A stretch of DNA of 64,000 bases from Candidatus Hydrogenedentota bacterium (GTDB lineage: Bacteria; Hydrogenedentota; Hydrogenedentia; Hydrogenedentales; SLHB01): the NCBI GenBank assembly GCA_045863295.1, contig BTWA01000003.1, positions 115,158 to 179,157 of the forward strand. The letters run 5' to 3'. This document shows, in pieces, positions 1 through 10,067 of the stretch; the first letter of the stretch is position 1, and the number at the start of each line of letters is the position of its first letter. The notes beneath the pieces were generated by a model. It ran no database searches, had not been told where the DNA came from, and saw only the letters and a list, made by a program, of their open reading frames with translations. The position numbers and the translations under genes are program-made.

Positions 1-302
1 GCGTCAAAAAAACGTCGAGCAGGCCGGCTTGCTTCAGGGACAGCAATGGCACGCCCGGAAATTCCCCTTCGCACCGGATGGACAAACGCACGCCCATTTC
101 CTCGGCGTCTCGTAGCAGACCGTTCATTCGGTCGATGGTGTGTACATTGACCAGCACATCGACTTTCTCCGCATTGAACACGATACGATTGAGGCGCAGC
201 CAGCGCTTCACATCGATCGCGGAAAAAGCCGATCCTCGGTGGTTTTGCAGGACGACTAACCCGCGCACAGGGGCAATTCGCTGTTCGTCGACTATCAGGG
301 AC
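1..302 (-). CDS. Partial CDS (5' part; gene runs off the window start), hypothetical protein
   Basis: The minus-strand frame is open from an in-frame stop at 342-344 down to position 1. It is absent from the ORF track because there is no stop inside the window. A GTG start is possible at 302. GC3 is about 68%, typical of local genes. The translation ...VRGLVVLQNHRGSAFSAIDVKRWLRLNRIVFNAEKVDVLVNVHTIDRMNGLLRDAEEMGVRLSIRCEGEF... is not low-complexity. Confidence 0.3.
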
Positions 303-517
303 ACGATATCGTAATCCGATCCGGCAGTTTTTGTTTTGAGAGCTCACGCGCACGAGGCGCAGCCAGTCGGGCAATGATAGTCGCACCGGGGAAAAGTGTC
401 AAAAGTTTACCTGTTCTATGGTAGAGTTTTCGCGTTGAACGGCATGTACAGGGGTCTTAGACTTGAAGTTACACAATGCGTGCGCGTTCTTCTCGCGATT
501 GATGGGGTTGAAAGCCG

Positions 518-1147
518 ATGAAGCTTGCGGTTGCCTTATCCATATTGTTCATGGCGTTTGTAGCCGTTGCTTTCGACGCCTCGGCCCACGAGGAACTGGA
601 GCGGTATATCCAGCAACGAGTGATGGCGGAGGTCTCGCGCGAGAACATTGACTTTACGTTGGAGATCTTGTTCACGAGTCCCGCTTCCGTGAGGGAGCGT
701 AAGCGTATCGACGCGAATCATGATGGCGCTTTGGACAAGGCGGAGCGCAAGGCGTATCTGGAAAGCGCGCTGACGAAGTTGGAATCCGATGTTCGTTTTC
801 AAATTGACATGGAGGCCGTGAACATTGTTCCTCTGGGGGAACCAGAACTGGATCTGCTGGATTCAAAGGATATGGAGGCGCACCCGCATGTGTTGCGGTT
901 TCGATTTTTTGCGCGCACGCCGGGGTCGTTTCGGGGGGGCAGCGTGTTGCAGTTGGATTCGCGGTTGTTTGTGGACGAGCCGTGTTTGGTGTCTGTGTCC
1001 GTGCAGGGCAAAGGCGGCATTCAGATGAGCGTATCGCCGACGGAGGGACTCAAACGGGCGGCCGAGGATGAAGAGGGCATTTGCCTTCTCAAGGCGACTT
1101 GCCGGTACATTCGTTTGACAAAAAGCACTTCGGGGGAAGAGCCATGA
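518..1147 (+). CDS. Secreted hypothetical protein with a canonical EF-hand calcium-binding loop (DANHDGALDKAE)
   Basis: N-terminal signal peptide MKLAVALSILFMAFVAVAFDASA. The EF-hand loop matches D-x-N-x-D-G-x-L-x-x-x-E. The stop (1145-1147) overlaps the ATG (1144-1146) of the next gene as ATGA, which suggests translational coupling. Confidence 0.5.
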   Translation: MKLAVALSILFMAFVAVAFDASAHEELERYIQQRVMAEVSRENIDFTLEILFTSPASVRERKRIDANHDGALDKAERKAYLESALTKLESDVRFQIDMEAVNIVPLGEPELDLLDSKDMEAHPHVLRFRFFARTPGSFRGGSVLQLDSRLFVDEPCLVSVSVQGKGGIQMSVSPTEGLKRAAEDEEGICLLKATCRYIRLTKSTSGEEP

Positions 1148-3291
1148 AGCAATTTCTGATCGTGACGTTGTTCGCATTCGCCGTGGCGCACGGCCAGGAA
1201 ATGGAGGCGCTACCGGGCGCTCCGGAGATGGCGGGCGCGCTTGTGAAACAGCATGGGTATCTGTTTGGCGCCCCGGTATCGGCGGAGGCGGATGCCTCGA
1301 ATCGGGATTGGCAAGAAATACAGCAGGCGTCGCGCCGAGCGACCAGCGAAGAACAGAAGGCCGAAGTGGCGACACGGCGGGCCGCCGCGGCGGATGCGCT
1401 CGTGAAGTTGCTGGAGTCGTGTCCGGAAAAGTATGACTTGGCATTCACGGGGATGGAGACGACATTGCCGCCGCTGGCGCCGGCACGGTTTCCGGGCGAC
1501 TCCGCCGCATTCCTGTTTCGCGTGGCAACGGGCGATGGACCCGCTCGGTGTCTTGTGTTGGACTTCGATCTTTCGGAGCATTCCCATCTCCCGCAATTTC
1601 CGGTGGAAGTGGCGCCCGGTTGCACAACGTGGGTACTGGTTTCGTTGCGGCGGTTGCCGCAATTGACGACGCACTGGTCGTTCGAATTTCGCGTTGCGGG
1701 CCTTCCCACGACCTCACTTCCACTAACCCTGAAGGCATCGGATCACGGCACGCTGAAACTGTCGGTACTCTCGGATGACGATGGCAAGGTTTCCCCCGCC
1801 ATGATTCGATTGACCTGGAAGACCGATGGCAGCGATGTGCGTCCGGGCGGGGCATTGGATTTCAGTCCGCAGTTCGACAAACAGGGGAACCATACCGGCG
1901 CGCGGCGCGCGAACCTGCCGGGCAAGCTCGCGGGAGCGTATTGGTGCATACCGGGCGCCATTTCCATGTCGGTCGCGCCGGGCGAATACGACGTAGTGGT
2001 CCTTCGCGGGGTTGAGCACGTGGCGGTATACGACACGGTGACCGTGCCAGAGGGAGGCATGGCCGAGCGGACGTACCGGCCCCGGCGCTGGGTGAATATG
2101 CCGAAGGCGGGGTGGTACTCCGGCGACGACCATGTGCACTCGCAGATCTTGAGCGATGCGGATGCGGACGCGACCATGACCTGGATACAGGCTGAAGATG
2201 TGCATCTGGCCAATGTGGTCAAGATGGGCGATATCAACCGGACGTGGTTCGAGCAGCGGGGCTTCGGCAAGAACTACAGGGTAATCGACGGCGACTATAT
2301 TCTCTCGCCGGGGCAGGAGTGTCCACGCACGCATAACGAATTGGGCCACACGCTGGCGATGAACATCAAGAACATGATCCGGGACACGGATCGCTATTAT
2401 TTGTACGACACGGTTTTCGACGAAGTGCACCGGCAAGGGGGATTATCGGGCTATGCCCATGTGAACGCGGGGCTGTTTCACGTGCATCGCGACATGAGCA
2501 TGAACATTCCCAAGGAAAAGATCGATTTTGTGGAGTTGCTCCAATTCGCGGACATGAGCACGGATCTCTACTACGAGTTCCTGAATACCGGGTTTCCGGT
2601 CACCGCGTCGGCGGGGAGCGATGTGCCGTGGGGCGGGACTGTGGGCGAAGTACGGGTATTTGCCTACGTGGGCAAGAAGCGGTTTACCGCGGATCGCTGG
2701 TTTGAGGCAGTGCGGCGGGGAAATACGTTTGTGACCAACGGCATCATGCTGGATTTTACCGTGGATGGCGCGTTGCCCGGAGACACGCTGAAGGTCGGCA
2801 ATGGGGATTCGGTGCGCGTGAAGGCCCGCGCGTGGGGCGATCCGGAACGGGATGTGCCTTCCAAGCTGGATGTGATGGTGCATGGCGCGGCGGTGAAGAC
2901 GGTCGAATCCAGCGATCCGAGACAGGCTGAACTCGCGATCGAATTCGAATTGCCCGCCGCGAACGGGTTCTGGATTGCAGCGCGCGCGGAAGGCGCGGAC
3001 GGGTCCCGCGCACACACGACGCCGGTATATGTGATCCGGGACGGTCTGCGGTTCTGGAAATATGATGCGCTGGATGAGTTGATCGCCAAGCGCGAAGCGA
3101 GCCTCGCGGAAATAGAGCAGATCGTGGCCGAGGCGACGCAGGGGAACAGTCCGCGGATTCCCATGGGGCCGCGTCCGGCGGAGTTGCTGGCGCAACAAGG
3201 TCCGGCGTTGCTGGAAAGAGTGGAAGCGGCCAAGGCTATCTATGCGGAGCTGCGCGCAGCAAAGGAGGCCGAGGCGGCGTTACGGGAGTGA
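1144..3291 (+). CDS. Secreted PHP-domain (CehA/McbA-like) metallohydrolase family protein with a long coiled-coil C-terminal tail
   Basis: MKQFLIVTLFAFAVAHG signal peptide. GWYSGDDHVHSQ metal-binding motif typical of PHP/CehA-type hydrolases. An N-terminal beta-sandwich-like region precedes it. Paralogous to the 12245-13756 protein (shared GWWCGDLHVH / EY..LNTG..V..SAGS blocks). Confidence 0.6.
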   Translation: MKQFLIVTLFAFAVAHGQEMEALPGAPEMAGALVKQHGYLFGAPVSAEADASNRDWQEIQQASRRATSEEQKAEVATRRAAAADALVKLLESCPEKYDLAFTGMETTLPPLAPARFPGDSAAFLFRVATGDGPARCLVLDFDLSEHSHLPQFPVEVAPGCTTWVLVSLRRLPQLTTHWSFEFRVAGLPTTSLPLTLKASDHGTLKLSVLSDDDGKVSPAMIRLTWKTDGSDVRPGGALDFSPQFDKQGNHTGARRANLPGKLAGAYWCIPGAISMSVAPGEYDVVVLRGVEHVAVYDTVTVPEGGMAERTYRPRRWVNMPKAGWYSGDDHVHSQILSDADADATMTWIQAEDVHLANVVKMGDINRTWFEQRGFGKNYRVIDGDYILSPGQECPRTHNELGHTLAMNIKNMIRDTDRYYLYDTVFDEVHRQGGLSGYAHVNAGLFHVHRDMSMNIPKEKIDFVELLQFADMSTDLYYEFLNTGFPVTASAGSDVPWGGTVGEVRVFAYVGKKRFTADRWFEAVRRGNTFVTNGIMLDFTVDGALPGDTLKVGNGDSVRVKARAWGDPERDVPSKLDVMVHGAAVKTVESSDPRQAELAIEFELPAANGFWIAARAEGADGSRAHTTPVYVIRDGLRFWKYDALDELIAKREASLAEIEQIVAEATQGNSPRIPMGPRPAELLAQQGPALLERVEAAKAIYAELRAAKEAEAALRE

Positions 3292-3330
3292 GGCGGCGGG
3301 AGTGCGGGCCGGAAATCTGTGATGCTTTGG

Positions 3331-3385
3331 TCCACGGGCTTGTGGCCCGTGACTATTCCCATTTTGTCCCCATTCGGGGACATGG
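3331..3385. terminator. Two GC-rich hairpins in a convergent intergenic region (likely bidirectional terminators)
   Basis: cacgggc-ttgtg-gcccgtg (3333-3351) and tgtcccc-attc-ggggaca (3365-3382) lie between the ends of the 1144-3291 (+) and 3441-4772 (-) genes. Confidence 0.35.
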
Positions 3386-3440
3386 CGCGCACTGAATTTC
3401 GGGGCGTACACAACTTCTAGAATGGCATGTTCGCATGGCA

Positions 3441-4772
3441 TTACGACAAGCCCAGTTCCGCGGCGAGATCGAGCACGGTGAATCGATTGCGAATGTAGCG
3501 GGCGCGGGAGAGCGCGTTCTGGTATTCGTTCAATGGCATGGCGGTATCTTCGGGGGTAACGGGACCGCCCGCGTCGCGGATGGCCTGTTCGACGAGGGTG
3601 GAAGACAACAGGTCGCGCGACACGCTTTCACGAATGGCGGCATGGCTTGAAGCAAACCTAGCGATTTCGATTTCGATGTCTTCCGTAGACCGCGCTTTTT
3701 CGCTCCATTGTTTGATGACTTCCTGGCCGACGGCTTCGCCCCAGTCGTCGAACGCCCATTGCTTGACTTGGTCCATGGACGGCTGGCTGGCGGCGAGGGT
3801 CTTGGCGTCGAGCGATGCAGGATCGAGTTCGCAAATGCGCTCCCAGAGCCGCAGGCAATGCAGCGTCGCCACGCCCACCTGCACGCCGTGGAGATCGTGC
3901 GTGGACCCGTAGAGCGCGGACTTCATGTCGATGTAGTGCGAAATGAGGTGTTCGCCGCCTGACGCGGGCGCCGACGAACCGGCCACCAGCATCGACAGGC
4001 CGGAGAGGATAAGCGCCTCGAGCAACACGCCGATGGCCTGCGCGTCGCCTTGGCCGATGGCGGCGGCCGAGTCCAGCGTCTCTTGCAGGATGCCCTCGTA
4101 GAATTGCAGCGCTTTCTCGTCGTAGTACTCGTCGCGCAGCATGTGGGCGGTGCGCCAATCGGCGCCCGCGGAACATTTGGAGAGATAATCGGCGAGTCCG
4201 GAGGCGGCCATGCGGGGCGGCGCTTTGCAAACGATATCCGGATCGGCAAAGACGGCGAGGGCGGGTGTGCAGGGTATGGTGCGCTTGAGGCCGCGCAGCT
4301 TCACGGCGGTGATGCCGGAGGTATAGCCGTTCATGGAGGCGGCGGTGGCAAACAGCACGACCGGCTTTTTGAGGTCGCTGCCGGCCTGTTTGGCGAGATC
4401 GCACACAGTACCGGATCCCACGCCGACGATGGCGTCCACGGAATCGCATGCTTTCGCAAGATCCTTCGCACGTTCCATGGTGGCATCGAGATGGGGGTCG
4501 TCGAAAGAGAATTCCTGTATTTGGACCCCCGCGGCGTTTAATGCAAGCAATACGGGATCCATTGCCGCGAGCCGGGTGTGCGGATCGGATACGGCCATGA
4601 CGCGCGGCAGGCCTTTATCTCGAATGAACTTGCCCATTTCCGGGGCGGCATCGGGGCCGATGTGGCACTTGGCGATGGGAAACAGACCTGAACGATCGTA
4701 GGCGAGTTTCAATAAACTGCCGACTTCATACATGCGGGTGGCTCCGGTAGTCAGGTTTGCGAGAACGCCCAA
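3441..4772 (-). CDS. Iron-containing alcohol dehydrogenase superfamily protein, glycerol-1-phosphate dehydrogenase (G1PDH/AraM)-like
   Basis: GVGSGTVCDLAKQAG nucleotide-binding glycine motif of the DHQS-like/Fe-ADH fold. Length 443 aa. Exact specificity cannot be assigned from sequence. Confidence 0.6.
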   Translation of the reverse strand: MGVLANLTTGATRMYEVGSLLKLAYDRSGLFPIAKCHIGPDAAPEMGKFIRDKGLPRVMAVSDPHTRLAAMDPVLLALNAAGVQIQEFSFDDPHLDATMERAKDLAKACDSVDAIVGVGSGTVCDLAKQAGSDLKKPVVLFATAASMNGYTSGITAVKLRGLKRTIPCTPALAVFADPDIVCKAPPRMAASGLADYLSKCSAGADWRTAHMLRDEYYDEKALQFYEGILQETLDSAAAIGQGDAQAIGVLLEALILSGLSMLVAGSSAPASGGEHLISHYIDMKSALYGSTHDLHGVQVGVATLHCLRLWERICELDPASLDAKTLAASQPSMDQVKQWAFDDWGEAVGQEVIKQWSEKARSTEDIEIEIARFASSHAAIRESVSRDLLSSTLVEQAIRDAGGPVTPEDTAMPLNEYQNALSRARYIRNRFTVLDLAAELGLS

Positions 4773-4908
4773 TGGCGGACCATCCTAAGCCAGCAGGGGC
4801 GCGGGGAACAAAATCCGGTTTGCCGTGTCCTTGCGGCGTTGTGTTGCGCCCGGTACCATAGTGTCTTGGCGGCTGCAACGTGACGTAGAAAAATCAAAGG
4901 ATGAGTCC

Positions 4909-5703
4909 ATGCCCATTACCCAACTTTCCAGCGAACAGTTGGCGCAATACCAGCGCGACGGTTACCTCTTGATCGAGGGGCATTTCGATCGCGACGAGAC
5001 CGAATTGTTGCTCAACATTGCCAAGGCCGACAAGGCCTTGATCGACGGCGCGACGGGCAAGAAGGACACGTCGGGCAACATCACGAAATTGACGTTGCGC
5101 AACGCCCTTTTTGACGACACGTACAGCGCTATAGTGCGGTCGGAGCGTGTTGTGAACATCATGGAACAGCTACTCGGCGGCGAAGTCTATCATTATCACC
5201 ATAAGATGATGCTGAAGGAGCCGCGTGTGGGCGGGGCGTGGGAATGGCATCAGGATTACGGGTATTGGTACGACAACGGATGCCTGTTTCCGTACATGGC
5301 GAGTTGCATGATCGCGGTGGATCGGGCCAACAAGGAGAACGGTTGCCTGCAAGTAATTCGCGGGTCGCACCAGATGGGACGCGTGAATCACATGCGCATC
5401 GCAGAGCAGACCGGCGCGGATCCCGAGCGCGTGGAGCAGGCGCTCAAACGGATGGAACTTGTTTATTGCGAGATGGAGCCGGGCACAGCGCTTTTCTTTG
5501 ACGGCAATTTGCTGCACCGTTCCGACATGAATGCGAGCGAGCATTCGCGCTGGTCGTTGATCTGTTGTTACAACGCGGCACGGAACGACCCATACAAGAA
5601 GCACCACCACCCCAATTATTCCTACTTGGAGAAGTGGCCGGATAGCCGCGTGAAGGAAAAGGCGCTGCAGGAGTGGTCGGCCATGCAGGCCGCGACGGCC
5701 TGA
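4909..5703 (+). CDS. Phytanoyl-CoA dioxygenase (PhyH) family Fe(II)/2-oxoglutarate oxygenase
   Basis: [10 protein letters not shown]...[13 protein letters not shown] pattern of the PhyH family (HxD...H facial triad). The internal ATG at 4909 is preceded by aagga. The ORF is in the track as 4825-5703. Confidence 0.7.
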   Translation: MPITQLSSEQLAQYQRDGYLLIEGHFDRDETELLLNIAKADKALIDGATGKKDTSGNITKLTLRNALFDDTYSAIVRSERVVNIMEQLLGGEVYHYHHKMMLKEPRVGGAWEWHQDYGYWYDNGCLFPYMASCMIAVDRANKENGCLQVIRGSHQMGRVNHMRIAEQTGADPERVEQALKRMELVYCEMEPGTALFFDGNLLHRSDMNASEHSRWSLICCYNAARNDPYKKHHHPNYSYLEKWPDSRVKEKALQEWSAMQAATA

Positions 5704-5706
5704 CGT

Positions 5707-6630
5707 ATGGCGAGGACGCCGTATGGAATTGGCGTAGACTTGGGCGGCAGCCGGATCAAAGCAGCCGCGGTGGACGAGGACGGGCGCGTCGTCGAGCAGC
5801 GAATTGTTCCCACGTTCGAAAGGTATGCCTCCAGTAGCGATTCGGTTCCGGTTTGGGCAGGGGGAACCGCCGATCTGGTGAGTACGCTGGAGTCGGCCGT
5901 AGGGTACCGTGCGTCACGCATCGGGCTGGCTGCGCCGGGCCTGGCCGCGGCGGACGGGCGATCGGTCGCGTTTCTTCCCGGACGGTTGGAGGGGCTGGAG
6001 GGATTCGACTGGACAGCCTTTCTGGGCCGCGACGCCGTCACGCCGGTGATGAACGATGCGCAGGCGGCGCTGTTGGGAGAGATGTGGATTGGCGCGGGCC
6101 GGGGCCTTCAAGACGCGATTCTGCTGACTCTGGGCACAGGGGTGGGTGGAGCGATTATGTCGGGCGGCCGGGTTTTGCATGGTGCGATTGGGCGCGCGGG
6201 TCATCTGGGTCATATCTGCCTCGATGTTCATGGCGCGCCCGGTATTACCAACATCCCGGGGAGTTTGGAAGAAGCCATTGGCGAGTGTTCGATATTGCGG
6301 CGAAGCAAGGGCCGTTTTGAGTCCACCCGATTGCTTGTCGATGCGGCGCGGGGTGGCGACGCGGAGGCGGCGCGCTGGTGGTCCGAGTCGGTTCGGTCGC
6401 TTGCCTGCGCGATTGCGTCGTACATCAACATACTCGATCCTCAAACCGTTATACTGGGCGGAGGCAACGCGCAACTTGGGGCGGCGTTGTTCGATCCGTT
6501 GTCACTTGAGTTGGATTCCATGGAATGGCGGCCCGGTGGGCATTGCACGCCGGTGATTCCGGCGGCGCTTGGGGAATTGGCCGGCGCGATCGGCGCGGCC
6601 CGGAACGCCATGTTGCATGGACTGCATTGA
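5707..6630 (+). CDS. ROK family sugar kinase (no N-terminal HTH, so a kinase rather than a repressor)
   Basis: N-terminus GIGVDLGGSRIKAAAVDEDG (ATPase phosphate-1 motif). GHLGH motif of ROK proteins. The cysteine-rich Zn motif is atypical. Confidence 0.7.
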   Translation: MARTPYGIGVDLGGSRIKAAAVDEDGRVVEQRIVPTFERYASSSDSVPVWAGGTADLVSTLESAVGYRASRIGLAAPGLAAADGRSVAFLPGRLEGLEGFDWTAFLGRDAVTPVMNDAQAALLGEMWIGAGRGLQDAILLTLGTGVGGAIMSGGRVLHGAIGRAGHLGHICLDVHGAPGITNIPGSLEEAIGECSILRRSKGRFESTRLLVDAARGGDAEAARWWSESVRSLACAIASYINILDPQTVILGGGNAQLGAALFDPLSLELDSMEWRPGGHCTPVIPAALGELAGAIGAARNAMLHGLH

Positions 6631-6650
6631 TTTCATGGAGAGGCCGTTGC

Positions 6651-7730
6651 ATGTCGAAAACGTGGCGTATCGCCGGGATCAATTTTGACCACTCGCACAT
6701 GGGCGACAATTTGCGCATGGCGCATGAGCATCCGCAGGCGGAGATAGTGGGTGTCTGTCATTCGGAGCCGGGTGCGATGGAGCCCACGATCGCAGCGCTT
6801 TCCATTGCGCGGGATCGCGTGTTTACGGACTATCGGGAATGCATCGAGAAGACCAAGCCCGACATCGTGGTGTTGTGCCCGGCGACCGCCTACCACGCGG
6901 AATGGGTTGAGAACGTTGCACCTTTCGGCACGGCCATTCTGCTGGAGAAGCCGTTTGCGTCGACGCTTGGGGAAGCGGACCGGATTCTGGCGGTAACTGA
7001 GTCGAACGGAAATGTATTGGCCATCAACTGGCCGTTGCGCTGGTATCCGAGCCATGTCACGGCGAAACGCCTGGTGGACGAAGGGACTGTCGGCGACGTG
7101 ACCGAGGTTCACTACTACGACGGCAACCGAGGACCGCTTTGGCATGTTGCCGACAAGATTACAACCGATTCGGCCTACGTGGCGCGGGAGAAGTCGAAGA
7201 GTTGGTTTTATCAGCGGTCCGCGGGCGGCGGATCGCTGCTGGACTATCTTGGGTATGGCACGACTTTGGGCACCTGGTATCACGGAGGCAAAGCGCCGTT
7301 GGAAGTGACGACTGTGGTCGATGAGCCCGCGGATTTGGAGGTGGATGAACACAGCATCACGGTGGCGCGGTACTCGTGCGGGCTCTCCAAATTTGAAACG
7401 CGCTGGGGCACGTTCAGCGATCCCTGGACGCATCAGCCGCAGCCCAAGTGCGGTTTCGTGATCAAGGGGACTTTGGGTACGATCAGCAGCTACGACTACG
7501 AGCCCAGTATCCGTGTACAGACCGCGGATCGGCCGGAAGGTTTTGATTTGCCGGTGGACCCGTTGCGTCCGCCGTATCAGAACCCGGTGCAGTACTTGAT
7601 TCAATGCCTGGGTGCGGGGAGCCCCGTGGAGGGTCCACTTTCGCCCGCGATGTGCCGCGTAGGTCAACAAATTGTGGACACCGCAGTGCTGAGCGCGCGA
7701 GAAAAGCGAACCGTGGCGTTGTTGCCCTAG
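6651..7730 (+). CDS. Gfo/Idh/MocA family NAD(P)-dependent oxidoreductase
   Basis: N-terminal Rossmann block WRIAGINFDHSHMG...EIVGVCH and EKP motif. Start chosen at the ATG at 6651, preceded by ggagagg. Confidence 0.75.
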   Translation: MSKTWRIAGINFDHSHMGDNLRMAHEHPQAEIVGVCHSEPGAMEPTIAALSIARDRVFTDYRECIEKTKPDIVVLCPATAYHAEWVENVAPFGTAILLEKPFASTLGEADRILAVTESNGNVLAINWPLRWYPSHVTAKRLVDEGTVGDVTEVHYYDGNRGPLWHVADKITTDSAYVAREKSKSWFYQRSAGGGSLLDYLGYGTTLGTWYHGGKAPLEVTTVVDEPADLEVDEHSITVARYSCGLSKFETRWGTFSDPWTHQPQPKCGFVIKGTLGTISSYDYEPSIRVQTADRPEGFDLPVDPLRPPYQNPVQYLIQCLGAGSPVEGPLSPAMCRVGQQIVDTAVLSAREKRTVALLP

Positions 7731-7939
7731 CCCGGATATTTCACGACTTTGTCCAATTAACTGTGTACCAACAATTCAATCGGCTTGTTACCAAAACTGG
7801 CGCACCTACAGTGTGCAAGTGAAACATCCTCAGCGTTTCAAGCTCTAGGAATTCTGTGTGAGCAATTTGCACCACGGAGACTGTACTTCAGTCTTCCACG
7901 CACGAATCAAGCGTGGTGCATAATGCGGGTTAGCGCCTC

Positions 7940-9208
7940 TTACTTGGCGACGGGTTCGAGCACGTCGGAATCCGCTGGCACGATTGCCTCGCCACCGCCC
8001 ACGACGACAACGCCGTTTGGCGTCACGTGATACCGTTTGCGATCTTCGTCGAGGTCGTAGCCGATGACGGCATTTGCGGGGATTTCCACGTTCTTCTCGA
8101 TGATGGCCCGTCGAATACGGGCGTGTCTTCCAACCGTTGCGCCGGGAAACAGGATGGATTCGCGCACGCTGGAATAGCTGTTGACGCGCACGTCGGGACC
8201 GAGCACGGACCGCTTCACGATGCCGCCGCTGATGATGCAGCCGGCGCTGACGATTGAGTCCACGGCCGCGCCGTACCGCACCCCCTCCTGGGCGAAGACA
8301 AACTTTGCTGGAGGCGAGGCCGGTATAAGCGTATGAATGGGCCAATTGCGATCATAGAGATTAAACATGGGATCGACCTGGACCAGATCCATGTTTGCTT
8401 CCCAGTATGAATCGAGCGTGCCGACGTCGCGCCAGTATTGGGCTTCCTTTCTGTTCTCATCCTGAAACATGTAGGCGAATACGCGATTCTTTCCAATCAT
8501 GCCAGGGATGACGTCGCGGCCAAAATCGTGCGTGCTGCGGCGCTCGTGATCTTCCCGGCAGGCTTTCTTGAGCACCTCGGTACTGAATACGTAAATGCCC
8601 ATGGAGGCGAGGGCACTGTCCGGACGGCCTGGCGCGGGCGTGGGGTGCGAAGGTTTTTCCTCGAAGCCGGTCACCTGACCCGTAAAGTCCACTTCCAACA
8701 CGCCGAACCGGTGCGCGTCGCGCAGCGGCATTTGAATGGTGGCCACCGTGACGTCGGCCTTGTTTCGCCGGTGGTGTTCGACCATACGGGCGTAATCCAT
8801 TTTATAAATGTGATCGCCCGCGAGTATGAGCACTTCGCGCGGCTGTACGGGGTCGATCGAGTAGAGATTCTGGTAAATGGCATCCGCGGTGCCTTGATAC
8901 CAGTCATCGCCGACACGTTTTTGCGCGGAGATGACCTCAATAAACTCACCCAACGCGGGGTGGAGCATGTTCCAGCCTTGCCGAATGTGGCGGCTCAGAC
9001 TTAAATGTTTGTATTGAACAAGCACGAGAATGCGCCGGCATTGGGAATTGATGCAGTTGGACAGCGTGAAATCGATAAGCCTGTAGATGCCGCCAAAGGG
9101 GACGGCGGGTTTCGCCCGGTTGAGCGTGAGCGGATAAAGCCGTTCACCGACGCCGCCGGCCAACACCACGGCAAGGACATCTTTCATTGTGGCGTGGAGG
9201 CTAAGCAT
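7940..9208 (-). CDS. glgC: Glucose-1-phosphate adenylyltransferase
   Basis: LAVVLAGGVGERLYPLTLNRAKPAVPFGG N-terminal signature and full-length similarity to GlgC. C-terminal left-handed beta-helix region present. Confidence 0.85.
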   Translation of the reverse strand: MLSLHATMKDVLAVVLAGGVGERLYPLTLNRAKPAVPFGGIYRLIDFTLSNCINSQCRRILVLVQYKHLSLSRHIRQGWNMLHPALGEFIEVISAQKRVGDDWYQGTADAIYQNLYSIDPVQPREVLILAGDHIYKMDYARMVEHHRRNKADVTVATIQMPLRDAHRFGVLEVDFTGQVTGFEEKPSHPTPAPGRPDSALASMGIYVFSTEVLKKACREDHERRSTHDFGRDVIPGMIGKNRVFAYMFQDENRKEAQYWRDVGTLDSYWEANMDLVQVDPMFNLYDRNWPIHTLIPASPPAKFVFAQEGVRYGAAVDSIVSAGCIISGGIVKRSVLGPDVRVNSYSSVRESILFPGATVGRHARIRRAIIEKNVEIPANAVIGYDLDEDRKRYHVTPNGVVVVGGGEAIVPADSDVLEPVAK

Positions 9209-9836
9209 GTAAGTCCTCCCAGCCGATAAAGGCGCGGCATGGAGCGCCATCCGCCCCCTCAAGGGGCAGAGGCAACACGGTGAACCAGCAGTCACCCGCC
9301 GGCACGCCCATGAGACGCAGCCCTTCCACTATCAATACGTTGTTCTGCAAGAGGATGTGATGCGTTGGCTGGCCGGGCTGTTTGTAGGGGGCGACGGACA
9401 ACGCATCCACACCCACAAGGCGAACGCCCTCGTCCACCATACGCTGTGCGGCATCCGGATCCAACGCAACATAATCGGTCCGGAAAGGGTCTGAAGGAAA
9501 CGAGGAATTATCTGTTTTGATTAGAATTCGGGGCGGCAGATTCGCCTTGCCCAAGTCTTCCGCGGTGACGATCACTTTTCCTGTGCAGTCGATGACTGCC
9601 GCTTCTCCGAAGAACAGGTTTTTCGGTACCTGGTCAAGACGCGCGCCGTCATTTTCAAAATGCCAGGGTGCATCCACGTGGGAACCACAGTGGGTGCTCA
9701 ACGTGATGGCGGAAACGTTAGTTGACGCGCCATTGTCGATACGGGAACTGGGTGCGATAGAATACGGCACGTCGCCGGGCCATACGGTCATCCCTTCGCG
9801 AATTGGAATGCTGACATCGTGCCAAACGAGGCCCAT
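9201..9836 (-). CDS. Cyclase family protein (kynurenine formamidase-like metal-dependent hydrolase)
   Basis: HCGSHVDAPWHF motif characteristic of putative cyclases/arylformamidases. Start at MGLVWHD inside the track ORF 9201-9911. Confidence 0.7.
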   Translation of the reverse strand: MGLVWHDVSIPIREGMTVWPGDVPYSIAPSSRIDNGASTNVSAITLSTHCGSHVDAPWHFENDGARLDQVPKNLFFGEAAVIDCTGKVIVTAEDLGKANLPPRILIKTDNSSFPSDPFRTDYVALDPDAAQRMVDEGVRLVGVDALSVAPYKQPGQPTHHILLQNNVLIVEGLRLMGVPAGDCWFTVLPLPLEGADGAPCRAFIGWEDLHA

Positions 9837-10067
9837 AGAAGGCCGCCCCCCTTTCGAATGCGGGCAAGTTGCGCCGAGGTTGCCATACCAGGGGTATCTT
9901 GCAGGAAACACGATCCGAGCGACGTGACCGAATAAGGGCCGCGCCTGTCAAATCCCATATAACCCAGATGAATTATGCCACACGATTGTGATTTTGTCAG
10001 TAGGAATTCACCGCAAATGACCATACGATTTATTGGTATGCCTGTTCGAGGAGTTCGCCCTGCGGCA

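Noticed and set aside
78-314. Plus-strand 78-aa ORF in the track
   Set aside because: Low-complexity translation. The opposite strand carries a longer open frame with better codon bias that runs off the window.
1089-3233. Several minus-strand ORFs (1089-1709, 1723-2436, 2443-3198, 2664-3233) inside the PHP-hydrolase gene
   Set aside because: Antisense frames typical of high-GC coding DNA. Translations are Arg/Pro/Ala-rich without motifs. The plus-strand gene has a signal peptide, catalytic motif and a paralog.
3658-4449. 263-aa Arg-rich minus-strand ORF overlapping the G1PDH-like gene in another frame
   Set aside because: Extreme Arg/His composition. Alternate frame of a well-supported gene.
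5707-6630. ROK protein as a transcriptional repressor
   Set aside because: No N-terminal winged-helix domain. The sequence begins directly with the sugar-kinase ATPase motif.
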